A DNA stretch of 64,000 nucleotides. Source: Ministeria vibrans ATCC 50519 (lineage: Eukaryota; Protista; Filasterea). Location: the NCBI GenBank assembly GCA_943704425.1, contig CALSCP010000894.1:1-64000 (forward strand), given 5' to 3'. The position numbers were made by a program, and so were the translations under genes. The notes below the pieces were generated by a model, which was given only the letters and a program-made list of their open reading frames with translations, had not been told where the DNA came from and did not search any database. This document shows, piece after piece, positions 26,901-38,172 of this stretch (the stretch's first letter is position 1; each line of letters starts with the position of its first letter).

Positions 26901-29900
26901 TTCACAAATTGCCTGGTGTTCACGCAGAGTTTCAAGGAGACACAGAGCGCCGTCAAAGTCGGCGGCATCGCTGGTGGGACGCGGAAAGATGAGCTGAAGG
27001 CACTCTTTGGCTCCATGCTTGAAAGGGTGGTTGACAACGGCGTCGCAGCACACGTCAATGTACTGACGTAAGACGAGGGGATGAAGACTGGCGTACGAGT
27101 AAACGTCCGTCTTGTCGGCACATGGGGTCTTGCAGTGAGCGAGCGTAAGCGCCATCGTCTGCAGGGTGTCGGGAGTGCGTGAGGGTGGGTTGATGGTGAC
27201 GTCGTCAAGGTAGGCACGCACCACCCAGGCGACAGTACGGCTGTTAAACCACGGCGAGTCGAGAGCAAGCAGTTTAGTAGCCATCGACGACCAGGTGCGT
27301 AGCAAGTCGGCAAGAGCCAGACCAAAGTCGACAAGCGACGTGTTGACTTGTGGCATAGGCATGACGCGTTGAAGCCACTGCACAAGAGGACTACGCACGC
27401 GCGTGCACTCGGCGCGCGCGTGTGTCCAGTGGAGACGGTCAAGAATCGGGTGGACGAGGGCAAGGGTGGCGACAGACACGTTATGGTTGAGAGCCACGTT
27501 GCGAAAGACGGTTCCAATGACCTCGGCGTCGACAACCTGGTCGCCATAGACGCAAGCCACGTTAGCCAGCGCTAGCATGTCCTTTTCGTAGGTGGCGGCC
27601 GGCCAGGTGTATTGCCGCAGCAGCATCAGCAGACTGGTCTTTGCCGCCTCGATATAGGGAGCAGACCAAGGAATCGACGCGTCAAACACGGAGCAGAGAA
27701 GGTGCAGATTGGGTGAGGCGGCCGTGGCGAGTGCGAGTGCATCGGGCGAAACAATAGTCGAGAAGGGATGGACTGCTGACAATGGCTTCTGAGCCAACTC
27801 TCGCTGGACGGCGAGGAGTAGACGATCAAGCTCGGAGTGGTAGGTGACAGAGCGAAAGTGGACGCGGGCACTTGAAAGACAATCTTGGACGGCATTGAGA
27901 CGCTGGTGGTGTTCGTGAAGCGACTGAACGCGGTCAACAAGCTGCGCTTTCAGGGTGGCAAAGGCCGCGAGGAAGTCGCCCATGGCCTGGTTATTATCAA
28001 CAAGCGTCATCTGGAGCTGTTGAGAGGTCGTAAGACGACGAATGGCGCCCGAATTCTGCTCGACCACAATCACCGAGGCATTCGCCGTGCCCATGGCGAG
28101 GGCGACTGGCGAGTCAAAGCCCACAGTAGGGGGTCGGCCGTCCGTCGCGCCCGGAATCTGAGGACGACCGGCAATCGTTTGCACGTTCACTTGATCGGCG
28201 GTGCAGCGGGGCTCAATCAGGTCGATGGTACGCACGGTGTGGTTCTCAGAGTCAGCAATAAAAAGGACATGCTGAAGTGGATCGAATACAAGAGCGATAC
28301 CACGGCCAAATCGCGCGTCGAGCCCCGAGCCGTCGTTGCGGCCGTGAGCGCGTGGCCGGCCCGCAATCAGCGTGAGTTGACCTGTCTCAAGGTGGTAGCG
28401 TTGGATGGCGGTCCGCCCATCGACAAAGAGCACCGCACCGCCGTCGCGTGGGTCGAGGGTGAGCGACGATGGCTCAACCTTGACCGGCAACTCAATAGTT
28501 GTAAGCTCATCGCCGTGAAAAAGGCGCAGCGACGTGTCGGCAATGAGAATGCCACGATTTTTTGGCAGCTCGACGACACTGGTAGGCATGTTGAGGCTCG
28601 CATGACGCACGGGACCGTCCGCCGAGCCCTTCGTGCCACGACCAACGATCGTCTCAAGCATGTTGGTGCGCGGATCAAAACGACGCACACGGTGGTTCAT
28701 GGTGTCGGCAATGAGAAGGGTGCCGTCGGCGCAGGCACACATACCGGCTGGGTTTGACATGCGCGCAACGGTGGCCGCGCCATTGACCATGCCTGTGCCC
28801 GCGCGCCCAATGAGCGTCGTGATGCGACCGGCCGTGTCCAGACGACGCAGGCTGCTGTTGCCGATCTCGAGGAAGTAGAGGGTGCCGTCGTTTGTGAAGA
28901 CGGCAGCACTCATGTTGGAGACCTTGGCTGTTGCGGTGGTACCGTCGACAAAGCCCCTGGGACGACGAAACAGAGTGGAGACGGTTGGGGTCGAGATGGC
29001 TGCTGACACAGAGCCGCCTGAAGCCGACTCGGTGTCTTCTTCGGGTGCAATAAGCGAAGCGACTCCCAGCTGCTGTACAATGGGACTCTGCGCGAGCAAC
29101 TGAGCAACGTCGGCAATGCGACGAAAGATGCGACGAATGGCATCGAGTGTTTCAGCCTGCAAGTTGGCCGACTGGCGCAGCGCCTGGAGCAAATGCATTG
29201 CTTGAGCAAGAGTACTCACGACGGATCCACCATCTGCGGCAGTGCTGTCGATGCACTGCGAAGGAATGGACGCTTGGAGTTGCTCGGTGAGGGTGGTCAT
29301 GCGCTCGATGCAGTTGTGCACCATGTGGAGGTTGCCTCGCAAAAGTGCGAGACCCTCCTTGTTCATTGTGTCGAGCATGAGTTCGCGGTGAATTGCATGT
29401 GGCTGTAGAGGAGTAGCGGCAGTGGCAGCAGGTGTCTTGCCTTTGCCCGACGACGACAGACGAGTGCGCTCGATGGCTTCAAGCGCCACACGACGGAGAG
29501 ACTGCACCACAGTGAGGACAGAAGCATCGTGCGAGGAACCGGTCCAGCTAAGACTTATATCTTTGGAGAGGAGAGCCAGTTCGGGCAGAAGAGCCACGTC
29601 CGAGGTGGCCGCGAGTGATGATGCCGTGGACATGTTCGCTGAGAGCGTTTGAGTGTCGCCAAGCAGATTCAGCTGTGTCAGCAAAGGAAGCGAGCGGAGA
29701 AATGCAAACGTAGGACGGTGACGCTGACGATCCTGGTTAAAGGGAGCGAGAACACCGGCGCGGAGAAAATAATGCAAATGAGCGCGCGAGAGAGTGGTGT
29801 CACGGTGTTCGGGGTTGGTGGTGAAGGAGGGCACAGAGGCTCGCCACTGGCAAAGCGTGAGCTCAGGCACCGGCTCGCTTGGGAGCAGGTCGGGCTGAGT

Positions 29901-31364
29901 GAGACGCGATGGAAAGTCGAGTGGAATGCCTTGACGGGCCTCGGGTGAGTGACGGTAGACACCGTTGACAGCCTGTCCAATAGCTGTCCAGATGGTCAGT
30001 GCGCAAGTTGTGCTCGTTGCAGTGGTGTCGAGGGGAAAGGCAGCAACGACGTCGACAATGGACTGGGCACTGAGGGGAGGGGGTCGTGCTGGGTCGCGGG
30101 TGGTCTCAAGGGCAAGTGAGGCCAAGAGGACGCCGTGGTACCAGATGAATGAGTAGGGCGAGTGAGCAAAGAGGCACCAGAGCCCCCTAGCAAGGTCGGC
30201 GTAGAGACTCGAGAGAGACGTGTGAGATGGCGTGGCAAATACGACACATGTGTGAGCTTCGGAGGGTGCAAAGTCAACTTGGACATGATGCGAGAGTATG
30301 GAGAGTGACGCAGCAGTTGACGCCGTGTCAGCACTGGCTGCGGACGTAGTGAAGAGGTCAAACTCGAGTGTGTGTCCATCATGCTGAAGGGACGCGAGCG
30401 ACGGCAAGGGCGAGCCATCGGAGGCGCTCCAAGCATCGCTGCTCTTGGTGCTGCTGTTGTTCAGTGGCAAGGGCACCTGTACGAGCCAGCAGCCATCGCA
30501 GACGTTGGAAATGTCCAGGGGTTGGGTGTGGACAAAGCGCAGGACGGCGGAGACGGACGGGCTGTCGACGGTGCTGTCTACGGGCGCTGTGCTGCCGGCT
30601 GGAAGACTCTGCTGACGCGCATACAGCACTTCGCGACGGATCGACTGGGCGCGACGCAGTGCGGGTGGTCCCGATGCGATAGGTTTCTACGAAGAAAGAA
30701 GAGAGATTAGATATTGAGATTGAGAGAGATATTAATAATAATAGGAAAATAAATAGAGAATCGAGAGCTGTACTCAATGTCAAAACAAAACTATTAATAA
30801 TAATAATATTAGAAAAAGATAATAATAAGACGTCATAATAATATTAATAATAATAATAATAATTATTATTATTAATAATAATAAAATTAATAATAATAAA
30901 ATATATTATTATTATTATTATTATTAAATTTTAATGTTTATTGCTCAATGGCTTTTGATGATTTATGAAATCGGATGCAATCGTCAAAAATGCGCTGTAG
31001 GGGCGCAAAAGAGTCAGACACGCGCACAGAAGACAAAGCAAGGGTGGAGCAGTACCTGGTTGGGCGACGGCGTGGGTGTGGCGTGCGACGAGATCGCCAG
31101 CGGATGCAAAGATTGTTGACGTCCAAACAGCTTTGCCTTCACGACCCCTTTCGACGCGTCTGCAGGCGCAGCTGCGGCTGTGTCGACGTGATCTGAGACG
31201 ATCGTGGCACGCAGCGTGGCCGTGATGTGGGCAACAGACGGTCTTTCGTCGCTTGCAAGAAACACTTGCAATGACGATGAGTAATCGTCCGGTGTGGACG
31301 TGATCCAGCCGCCGTCGCCGAGCACGTCAACGCCAGAGGCATTGGCGGCGCGCGATCGTAGCAT
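11747..31364 (-). CDS. RNF213: RNF213/mysterin-like giant AAA+ ATPase E3 ligase with RZ finger and N-terminal NHL propeller (~6235 aa)
   Basis: Phase-consistent exons 31364-31056, 30686-20240, 20128-19950, 19886-19629, 19542-18466, 18305-12003, 11881-11747. RNF213-typical motifs: SSPGAGKS; IPVVLMGECGAGKT with FLDEIN; ALEENLFVVIICVLNRIPIFMVGK|PGSSKT; LLDEVGLAEHSPDMPLK; GLSNWVLDPAKMNR; GMRDYYSLLK; NIYEALYDVLNQ; PLLNRFEK; RZ finger CPNGHLYTVGEC..PME.SRC...C.ARIGGRSH. Exon 1 is the least certain. Confidence 0.9.
14076..14186 (-). other. RZ (RNF213-ZNFX1) zinc finger within the RNF213-like gene
   Basis: WHCPNGHLYTVGECTLPMEESRCSHPGCGARIGGRSH matches the RZ pattern, including the GEC cysteine and the terminal histidine. 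Confidence 0.92.
28030..28955 (-). other. NHL-repeat beta-propeller (~6 blades) within the RNF213-like gene
   Basis: Repeats of the type DG....A....P.G......G.L.IAD..NH.VR, e.g. GTLLIADTMNHRVRR and VLFIADSENHTVRT. Confidence 0.88.
30795..30930. repeat. AT-rich (AAT)/(ATT) microsatellite mosaic in intron 1 of the RNF213-like gene
   Basis: Alternating aat and att runs, read directly. Confidence 0.8.
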
Positions 31365-31492
31365 GCGTAGGAAATGAAAATGAAAACTGAAATATAAAGA
31401 CTGCGTGTGTCAGTATAAGTTGATCGATCGTGTTTGAAAAAGTTATTTATTTGATTCGTCATTCGATTCATATGATTTTCAAATATTTTCAT
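31365..31492. promoter_or_regulatory. Putative compact bidirectional promoter
   Basis: 128 AT-rich bp between divergent predicted ATGs at 31364 (-) and 31493 (+). Confidence 0.5.
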
Positions 31493-33364
31493 ATGCGTCG
31501 GCGACAGGTGTATGTGCTTGTGTGTTGCATAGCGTTCACCTTTATGTTTGTGTTTGGAGCGTTGCTCAACTTGCCTGACAACGAAAATTTTGCGGAAGAC
31601 TTCTTTGATGTACCGACCAGAAGGGCTAAGCAGCAGACGATGGGGGTTGCTGCCAAGAAGAGTGTGTCTAGGGAGCGGGAGAGTGTGTTTATGAAGGGCC
31701 TGCTGACGCGGTGTGATGAGCCGGCAGTGGAGAGTGTTCGGCTTGATCGCTTTCAGTGCGATCGACAAGTTCCGTTGCCACCAGAGTCGCTACCGCTCAA
31801 TCCCAACTTTGTGCGGATACCCGGCGAGGCGTATCATGTGCTACTGCTGTGGCGCGTCAAGTTGCTGTGGAATTCTCGCCGTACGAGCAAATGGCCCAAT
31901 GACATGTCGGTGGCACTGATGGACGTGCGCAGTGGTGCGCTTGTGCCGCACAATGTCCCCTTCGATGCCGTCCCGTACGGCTCGTACAACCGCGACGTGC
32001 ATCATCACGTGGCACGTGGTCGAAATCAAACACTTCGAGAGTTCTACGAGGGACGCAAGACCTTCCTGGCAATCGAGGCGCCCCAGTGCCTGAAAAGCAA
32101 AGATTTGCGCTGTGTCTGGTGGCGCAACGAGCTTTATCTTTTGACGACAAGCAATTGCGGCAACGAACGCGAAGTGCTCATCCCACTTCGCCTTGCAATG
32201 GTACGCGATGAGCATGGTAATGTACAACGTTGGCGTCTCTGGATTGACTACACGCACGCGCGGTTCTATCTGCTTGAGCCCCAAGTACAAGAGCCCCAAG
32301 CGATTGAACATGTGTCGCCCATTGAAAAGAACTGGGCAGTCCTGCCTCTCGCACTCTCCGTCACAGACGCACCCAACTCGCTGGTTCTTGTGCGCCATCT
32401 GTGTCCCTTCACGGCGCTCCGCTCCACCACACTCGACGGACACCTTCCCGACGGCAGCAACAGTTTCGGCCTCATTAATGTTGCTGGTGTCTCCGCCAAG
32501 ACGCCACTACGACTGGTTCTGACAGAGGAAACAGCAAACAGCACGACTGCCACTGCTGCTAGTACTACTGCTACTGCTACGAGTAGTGGCGACGGTGTAT
32601 TTGACTGCATTGACGACTACACGCGCACTCATCGAAAAACAAAGCGCTATAATACCCATCACATTTATCCCACTCGTGATTTGCATGGCGCAAACCCTGC
32701 CAATCTGGCGACGACGACTGCAGCGTGTACAGTGGCTCCTGCGCACATCAATGTCACTGCAGACCCCCTGTGGTACCTGGACGTGCCCGAGTGTTTGCGG
32801 CGTAAGCTGGTGGGTCTAGCCTGGCGCGGTGGCAGTGACATGGTTCGCGTGGAGGCGACAGGAGCTGCACCTGATCACAATCACGAAGTGAGCGTTTTTC
32901 TGGGATCCGCACACATTAAAGTTTGGGCACGAAACGACAGTGTGGCGCACTACTGGCACTTTTTTTACACTGTGCGTGTGGTACGGACTGTCTCGACGCG
33001 CGCCGTCTCGGTGTCACTTCACTCAGCGTCGCGTCTCTTTCGTTTTCACCAGCGACGCATTCCCTTTCGCGAGTTCAACACGGGAGTGCTTCGTGTCGCG
33101 CCTGACACAATAATGCTCACGTATGGACAGGGTCTGAAAAACGAACGAGCCTACACAGCTTTTGTGGCGACAAGCACGGTGGAAGGCATGTTGCACGATA
33201 CAATTCGATTTGGTGCCTTTGCTCGTCAACCTGAAGAGCACGCAAATTCACCCTCGCTCGCACTCAATGAGTCGTGGAATAGTAAGGTGTTTTCAAAAAA
33301 ACTTGGGATGAGCGATCAGGTCGAATACGTCAGAAGACCTTCCACAAGTTTCAATGGAAGTTGA
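31493..33364 (+). CDS. Type II membrane protein, EKNW-type five-bladed beta-propeller (GH130/GT91 mannosyltransferase/phosphorylase-like), paralog 1
   Basis: MRRRQ plus hydrophobic anchor VYVLVCCIAFTFMFVFGALL. Ordered motifs LNP, KDLR, EKNW, WRGGS, FLGSAH, YWHFFY, EFNTG, LTYG. Intronless. An alternative in-frame ATG lies at 31472. Confidence 0.7.
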   Translation: MRRRQVYVLVCCIAFTFMFVFGALLNLPDNENFAEDFFDVPTRRAKQQTMGVAAKKSVSRERESVFMKGLLTRCDEPAVESVRLDRFQCDRQVPLPPESLPLNPNFVRIPGEAYHVLLLWRVKLLWNSRRTSKWPNDMSVALMDVRSGALVPHNVPFDAVPYGSYNRDVHHHVARGRNQTLREFYEGRKTFLAIEAPQCLKSKDLRCVWWRNELYLLTTSNCGNEREVLIPLRLAMVRDEHGNVQRWRLWIDYTHARFYLLEPQVQEPQAIEHVSPIEKNWAVLPLALSVTDAPNSLVLVRHLCPFTALRSTTLDGHLPDGSNSFGLINVAGVSAKTPLRLVLTEETANSTTATAASTTATATSSGDGVFDCIDDYTRTHRKTKRYNTHHIYPTRDLHGANPANLATTTAACTVAPAHINVTADPLWYLDVPECLRRKLVGLAWRGGSDMVRVEATGAAPDHNHEVSVFLGSAHIKVWARNDSVAHYWHFFYTVRVVRTVSTRAVSVSLHSASRLFRFHQRRIPFREFNTGVLRVAPDTIMLTYGQGLKNERAYTAFVATSTVEGMLHDTIRFGAFARQPEEHANSPSLALNESWNSKVFSKKLGMSDQVEYVRRPSTSFNGS

Positions 33365-33686
33365 TATTAAGTGACCATTTGTGGGTCTATCTATGCTTCC
33401 TCTATAGTCGATGGGGATTCAGATTTTATGGGGCGCTTCAGCTGTTAGTGTTAGTTAGCCTATGACGGAATCATTGTGAAGTCATTGTTTTACTCTAAGG
33501 AGTATGTCGAGTGGGATGAGATCTTTGAAGACCTATGTAATAAGAGTTTGAAGTCTCTGTAACAATTAACTTTTTTATTTACTTTTACACGAAAATGGAC
33601 CCAAAAAAAAGATTACAGTTTTTTTTTTCCTTTTGTCTTGTTGGGATTGATTTGTCGCCAAAATCGACAATTTTCCGTTCAGTTGA

Positions 33687-35761
33687 ATGCGGAGGGCTAG
33701 CTTCTTGCTATGCTTCTGTTTTCTTAGTAGCGTGGTGGTATTTTTTGCAGCAGTTGTCCTACTCCGTCAAGATCACATTTCGGGACAAACTGAAAGCATG
33801 CAGATCCTTTCAACAGCCACAACAGACCTCCCTGCCTCACTTGGGACGCGGCAATCCCGCGTTGATATGATGAGGAGCCTGGCGATGCGCTGTGGCGAGC
33901 CTGCAGCGGACGGNNNNNNNNNNNNNNNNNNNNNNNNNNNNNNNNNNNNNNNNNNNNNNNNNNNNNNNNNNNNNNNNNNNNNNNNNNNNNNNNNNNNNNN
34001 NNNNNNNNNNNGATCCTTTCAACAGCCACAACAGACCTCCCTGCCTCACTTGGGACGCGGCAATCCCGCGTTGATATGATGAGGAGCCTGGCGATGCGCT
34101 GTGGCGAGCCTGCAGCGGACGGGGTTCGTCTTGAGCGCCAACAATGCGATCGGCACATTCCATTGCCGCCAGAGTGGCTTCCGCTCAATCCAACGTTCAT
34201 GAGGATCCCCGGCGTCTCCAACCTGCTGCTGCTTCTCTGGCGCGTCAAATTGCTGCCGTTCAAAAGGGGCACATCAGCATGGCCAACGGACATTGGAGTT
34301 GCGCTGATGGAGTTGGACTCAGGCACACTCATCCCCCACAACGTCCCATTCGATGCCGTCCCCTTTACCAACGACAACCTTGTCAATCTTGAAGAAGTGG
34401 CGCGTGGTCGGAATCAAACCGTCGCGGAGTTGTTTGAAGGTCGGAAAACTTTTCTGTCCATTGATGCGACGTACTGTTTGAAAACAAAGGATCTACGACC
34501 TGTGTGGTGGCGCAACCAGCTGTACCTGTTGACGACGCACGGGTGCGGCAACGAGCGAGAAGTGCTTGTTCCGTTTCACTTGACCATGTCGCGAGACGCC
34601 CAGGGGAGCGTGCGGCGCTGGCGAGCCTGGGTCAGCTTCTCTGAGCCGCGCTACTTCATTGTCGAGCCTCGACCAGACCCACAGCCCAGTTTTGGTGACT
34701 ACATCGAGTTTGATGATGTATCCCGCGGTTCTCGACGACCACAGCCACCATCACGTCTTGAGAAGAACTGGGCCGTCCTGTCGGTTCCTTCCACCAATGA
34801 CTCCCACTCTCTCTTCATGGTGCGGCATTTGTGTCCGCTCACGGCGCTGCGGTCGTTTACACTTCAGGGTGTCTTACCGCCGACAAGTGACCTGCTTGAA
34901 GTGTCAGACGTGCCATTAAACATGCCCATGCGGATTGTGGACACGGCACCGGTGGATGCCATCACGAAACTGACGGGGAAGGCACGGCCGCACGAGCTGG
35001 CCGCATGTACGGATTGGTACACGAGCGAACACGCGGACCTGGCGACGCGCAATCCGATGCATGTGTACCCGCCTTTTACCGAGCGCAATGCAACCTCGAC
35101 AGACACACTTAGTGAGCGTCCCACGGAGTGTACTGTGGCGCCCTTGCATGTCAATGCGACGGCCGATCCGCACTGGTACCTTGACATACCCGCGTGTCTG
35201 CGTCACGAGTTGCACGGGCGGGCGTGGCGTGGGGGCAGCGACATGGTTCATGTGCTGCCTCGTGGCAGACAGAAGGACGCAGAGAGTATGCTGTTTCTGG
35301 GCTCGGCCCACATCAAAGTGTGGCAGTCGGATCATGTCGTCGCGTTCTACTACCATTTCTTTTATGTACTGCGTGTGGTCCACTCGCCGATGCGCAATGC
35401 ATCGGTGTCGCTGCTGTCTGCGTCGCGTCTGTTCCGTTTCCACCAGCGACGTGCGCCCGCTCGTGAATTCAACACGGGTGTACTTCGCGTCTCACCTGAC
35501 ACTGTGCTGCTCACGTACGGCCAGGGAGTTCGAGGCGACCGTGCCTTTGTTGCCTTTGTCTCGACGGACACCATTGAAAGGATGTTGCACGACACGATTG
35601 AGTTTGGTGCGTTTGATCATCGCAATGAGGAGCATGTGGAATCGTCGTCGCTGAGTCTCAATGCGTCGTATGAAAGCGACATATTTACTCAGAAATGGGG
35701 GATGGCGGAACAAATTGACATTGTGCCTCGAAAGTGGAATCGTTTCACTGGGAGGGACTGA
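33687..35761 (+). CDS. EKNW-type propeller paralog 2 (621 aa once the gap-spanning 111-bp overlap is collapsed)
   Basis: 33803-33913 is repeated at 34012-34122 across a 98-N gap. Removing the 209 redundant bases gives a 1866-nt CDS, exactly the length of paralog 3. Confidence 0.75.
33914..34011. other. Assembly gap (98 N) with overlapping contig ends
   Basis: N run flanked by identical 111-bp sequence. Confidence 0.97.
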
Positions 35762-36047
35762 GAAAAGATTACACTGTACAAAGTAAAATCTATGAACCAT
35801 TTTATCAATGTTGATTGTGTTGATGACGCCGAGAGGTGGTCACAGTACGCACATACTACGATGGAACGTTTTGGAGCACATTGGATTGAATTTTTAGTAT
35901 ATTTTTATGAGTACAATATTTTGGTCAACATCTGACTGTCTTTTTTTGATAGTCAATTGGTATTAATTATTATGGGTATTGTCTTTTCTAGTTATTATAA
36001 AAATTACCAAATAACCAGTAATTAGTTTGTTTTGTCTATTGGGGCTA

Positions 36048-37913
36048 ATGCGCAGGGCTAGCTTCTTGCTATGCTTCTGTTTTCTTAGTAGCATGGCGTT
36101 CCTGTTGATGTCAATTGTCCTACTCCGTCAAGATCACATTTTGGAAGAGACCGAAAGCATGCAAATCCTTTCAACAGCCACAACAGACCTCCCTGCCTCA
36201 CTTGGGACGCGGCAATCCCGCGTTGATATGATGAGGAGCCTGGCGATGCGCTGTGGCGAGCCTGCAGCGGACGGGGTTCGTCTTGAGCGCCAACAATGCG
36301 ATCGGCACATTCCATTGCCGCCAGAGTGGCTTCCGCTCAATCCAACGTTCATGAGGATCCCCGGCGTCTCCAACCTGCTGCTGCTGCTCTGGCGCGTCAA
36401 AATGGTGCCGTTCAAAAGGGGCACATCAGCATGGCCAACGGACATTGGAGTTGCGCTGATGGAGTTGGACTCAGGCACACTCATCCCCCACAACGTCCCA
36501 TTCGATGCTGTCCCCTTTACAAACGTTAATCTTGTCAATCTTAAAGAGGTGGCGCGTGGCCGGAATCAAACCGTCGCGGAGTTGTTTGAAGGTCGGAAAA
36601 CTTTTCTGTCCATTGATGCGACGTACTGTTTGAAAACAAAGGATCTACGACCTGTGTGGTGGCGCAACCAGCTGTACCTGTTGACGACGCACGGGTGCGG
36701 CAACGAGCGAGAAGTGCTTGTTCCGTTTCACTTGACCATGTCGCGAGACGCCCAGGGGAGCGTGCGGCGCTGGCGAGCCTGGGTCAGCTTCTCTGAGCCG
36801 CGCTACTTCATTGTCGAGCCTCGACCAGACCCACAGCCCAGTTTTGGTGACTACATCGAGTTTGATGATGTATCCCGCGGTTCTCGACGACCACAGCCAC
36901 CATCACGTCTTGAGAAGAACTGGGCCGTCCTGTCGGTTCCTTCCACCAATGACTCCCACTCTCTCTTCATGGTGCGGCATTTGTGTCCGCTCACGGCGCT
37001 GCGGTCGTTTACACTTCAGGGTGTCTTACCGCCGACAAGTGACATGTTTGGAGTGCCAGGCGTGCCATTAAACATGCCCATGCGGATTGTGGACACGGCA
37101 CCGGTGGATGCCATCACGAAACTGACGGGGAAGGCACGGCCGCACGAGCTGGCCGCATGTACGGATTGGTACACGAGCGAACACGCGGACCTGGCGACGC
37201 GCAATCCGATGCATGTGTACCCGCCTTTTACCGAGCGCAATGCAACCTCGACAGACACACTTAGTGAGCGTCCCACGGAGTGTACTGTGGCGCCCTTGCA
37301 TGTCAATGCGACGGCCGATCCGCACTGGTACCTTGACATACCCGCGTGTCTGCGTCACGAGTTGCACGGGCGGGCGTGGCGTGGGGGCAGCGACATGGTT
37401 CATGTGCTGCCTCGTGGCAGACAGAAGGACGCAGAGAGTATGCTGTTTCTGGGCTCGGCCCACATCAAAGTGTGGCAGTCGGATCATGTCGTCGCGTTCT
37501 ACTACCATTTCTTTTATGTACTGCGTGTGGTCCACTCGCCGATGCGCAATGCATCGGTGTCGCTGCTGTCTGCGTCGCGTCTGTTCCGTTTCCACCAGCG
37601 ACGTGCGCCCGCTCGTGAATTCAACACGGGTGTACTTCGCGTCTCACCTGACACTGTGCTGCTCACGTACGGCCAGGGAGTTCGAGGCGACCGTGCCTTT
37701 GTTGCCTTTGTCTCGACGGACACCATTGAAAGGATGTTGCACGACACGATTGAGTTTGGTGCGTTTGATCGTCGCAATGAGGAGCATGTGGAATCGTTGT
37801 CGCTGAGTCTCAATGCGTCGTATGAAAGCGACATATTTACTCAGAAATGGGGGATGGCGGAACAAATTGACATTGTGCCTCGACAGTGGAATCGTTTCAC
37901 TGGGAGGGACTGA
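36048..37913 (+). CDS. EKNW-type propeller paralog 3 (621 aa), near-identical to paralog 2
   Basis: ATG at 36048 (MRRASFLLCFCFLSSMAFLLMSIVLL signal-anchor). Same motifs as paralogs 1 and 2. Intronless. Confidence 0.78.
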   Translation: MRRASFLLCFCFLSSMAFLLMSIVLLRQDHILEETESMQILSTATTDLPASLGTRQSRVDMMRSLAMRCGEPAADGVRLERQQCDRHIPLPPEWLPLNPTFMRIPGVSNLLLLLWRVKMVPFKRGTSAWPTDIGVALMELDSGTLIPHNVPFDAVPFTNVNLVNLKEVARGRNQTVAELFEGRKTFLSIDATYCLKTKDLRPVWWRNQLYLLTTHGCGNEREVLVPFHLTMSRDAQGSVRRWRAWVSFSEPRYFIVEPRPDPQPSFGDYIEFDDVSRGSRRPQPPSRLEKNWAVLSVPSTNDSHSLFMVRHLCPLTALRSFTLQGVLPPTSDMFGVPGVPLNMPMRIVDTAPVDAITKLTGKARPHELAACTDWYTSEHADLATRNPMHVYPPFTERNATSTDTLSERPTECTVAPLHVNATADPHWYLDIPACLRHELHGRAWRGGSDMVHVLPRGRQKDAESMLFLGSAHIKVWQSDHVVAFYYHFFYVLRVVHSPMRNASVSLLSASRLFRFHQRRAPAREFNTGVLRVSPDTVLLTYGQGVRGDRAFVAFVSTDTIERMLHDTIEFGAFDRRNEEHVESLSLSLNASYESDIFTQKWGMAEQIDIVPRQWNRFTGRD

Positions 37914-38172
37914 GAAATTTAATGTAATGAAGGTTAACACAAGTATTGTATATACACACAGTATAAATATGCAAACAAAAACTCAGTCAAGTTCATCGTA
38001 CACGTGTCATGTGTCACACGTATATCAAACAGATGAAATTGGTCATGCCCGACATGCCAAATTGCCAGTCACACAGCCAACTGTCACAACTAACTCACGA
38101 CCTCACCTGTTTGTTGATCGATCACTATAGTCAATCACTGTCTTTGCTGTTTTCTTTCATCTTCCTCTCATC

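Noticed and set aside
11946-30629. Treating the 2119-, 357-, 89-, 85- and 3473-aa ORFs as separate genes
   Set aside because: Phase-compatible GT-AG introns join them, and one Walker A motif (GK|PGSSKT) is split by an intron.
33803-34122. 111-bp direct repeat and apparent frameshift or pseudogene in paralog 2
   Set aside because: These are overlapping contig ends around an N gap; collapsing them restores a CDS equal in length to paralog 3.
33687-37913. Paralogs 2 and 3 as a haplotype-duplication artefact
   Set aside because: Upstream and downstream flanks are unrelated and the anchors differ, which is not expected for alleles. Long reads are needed to exclude it fully.
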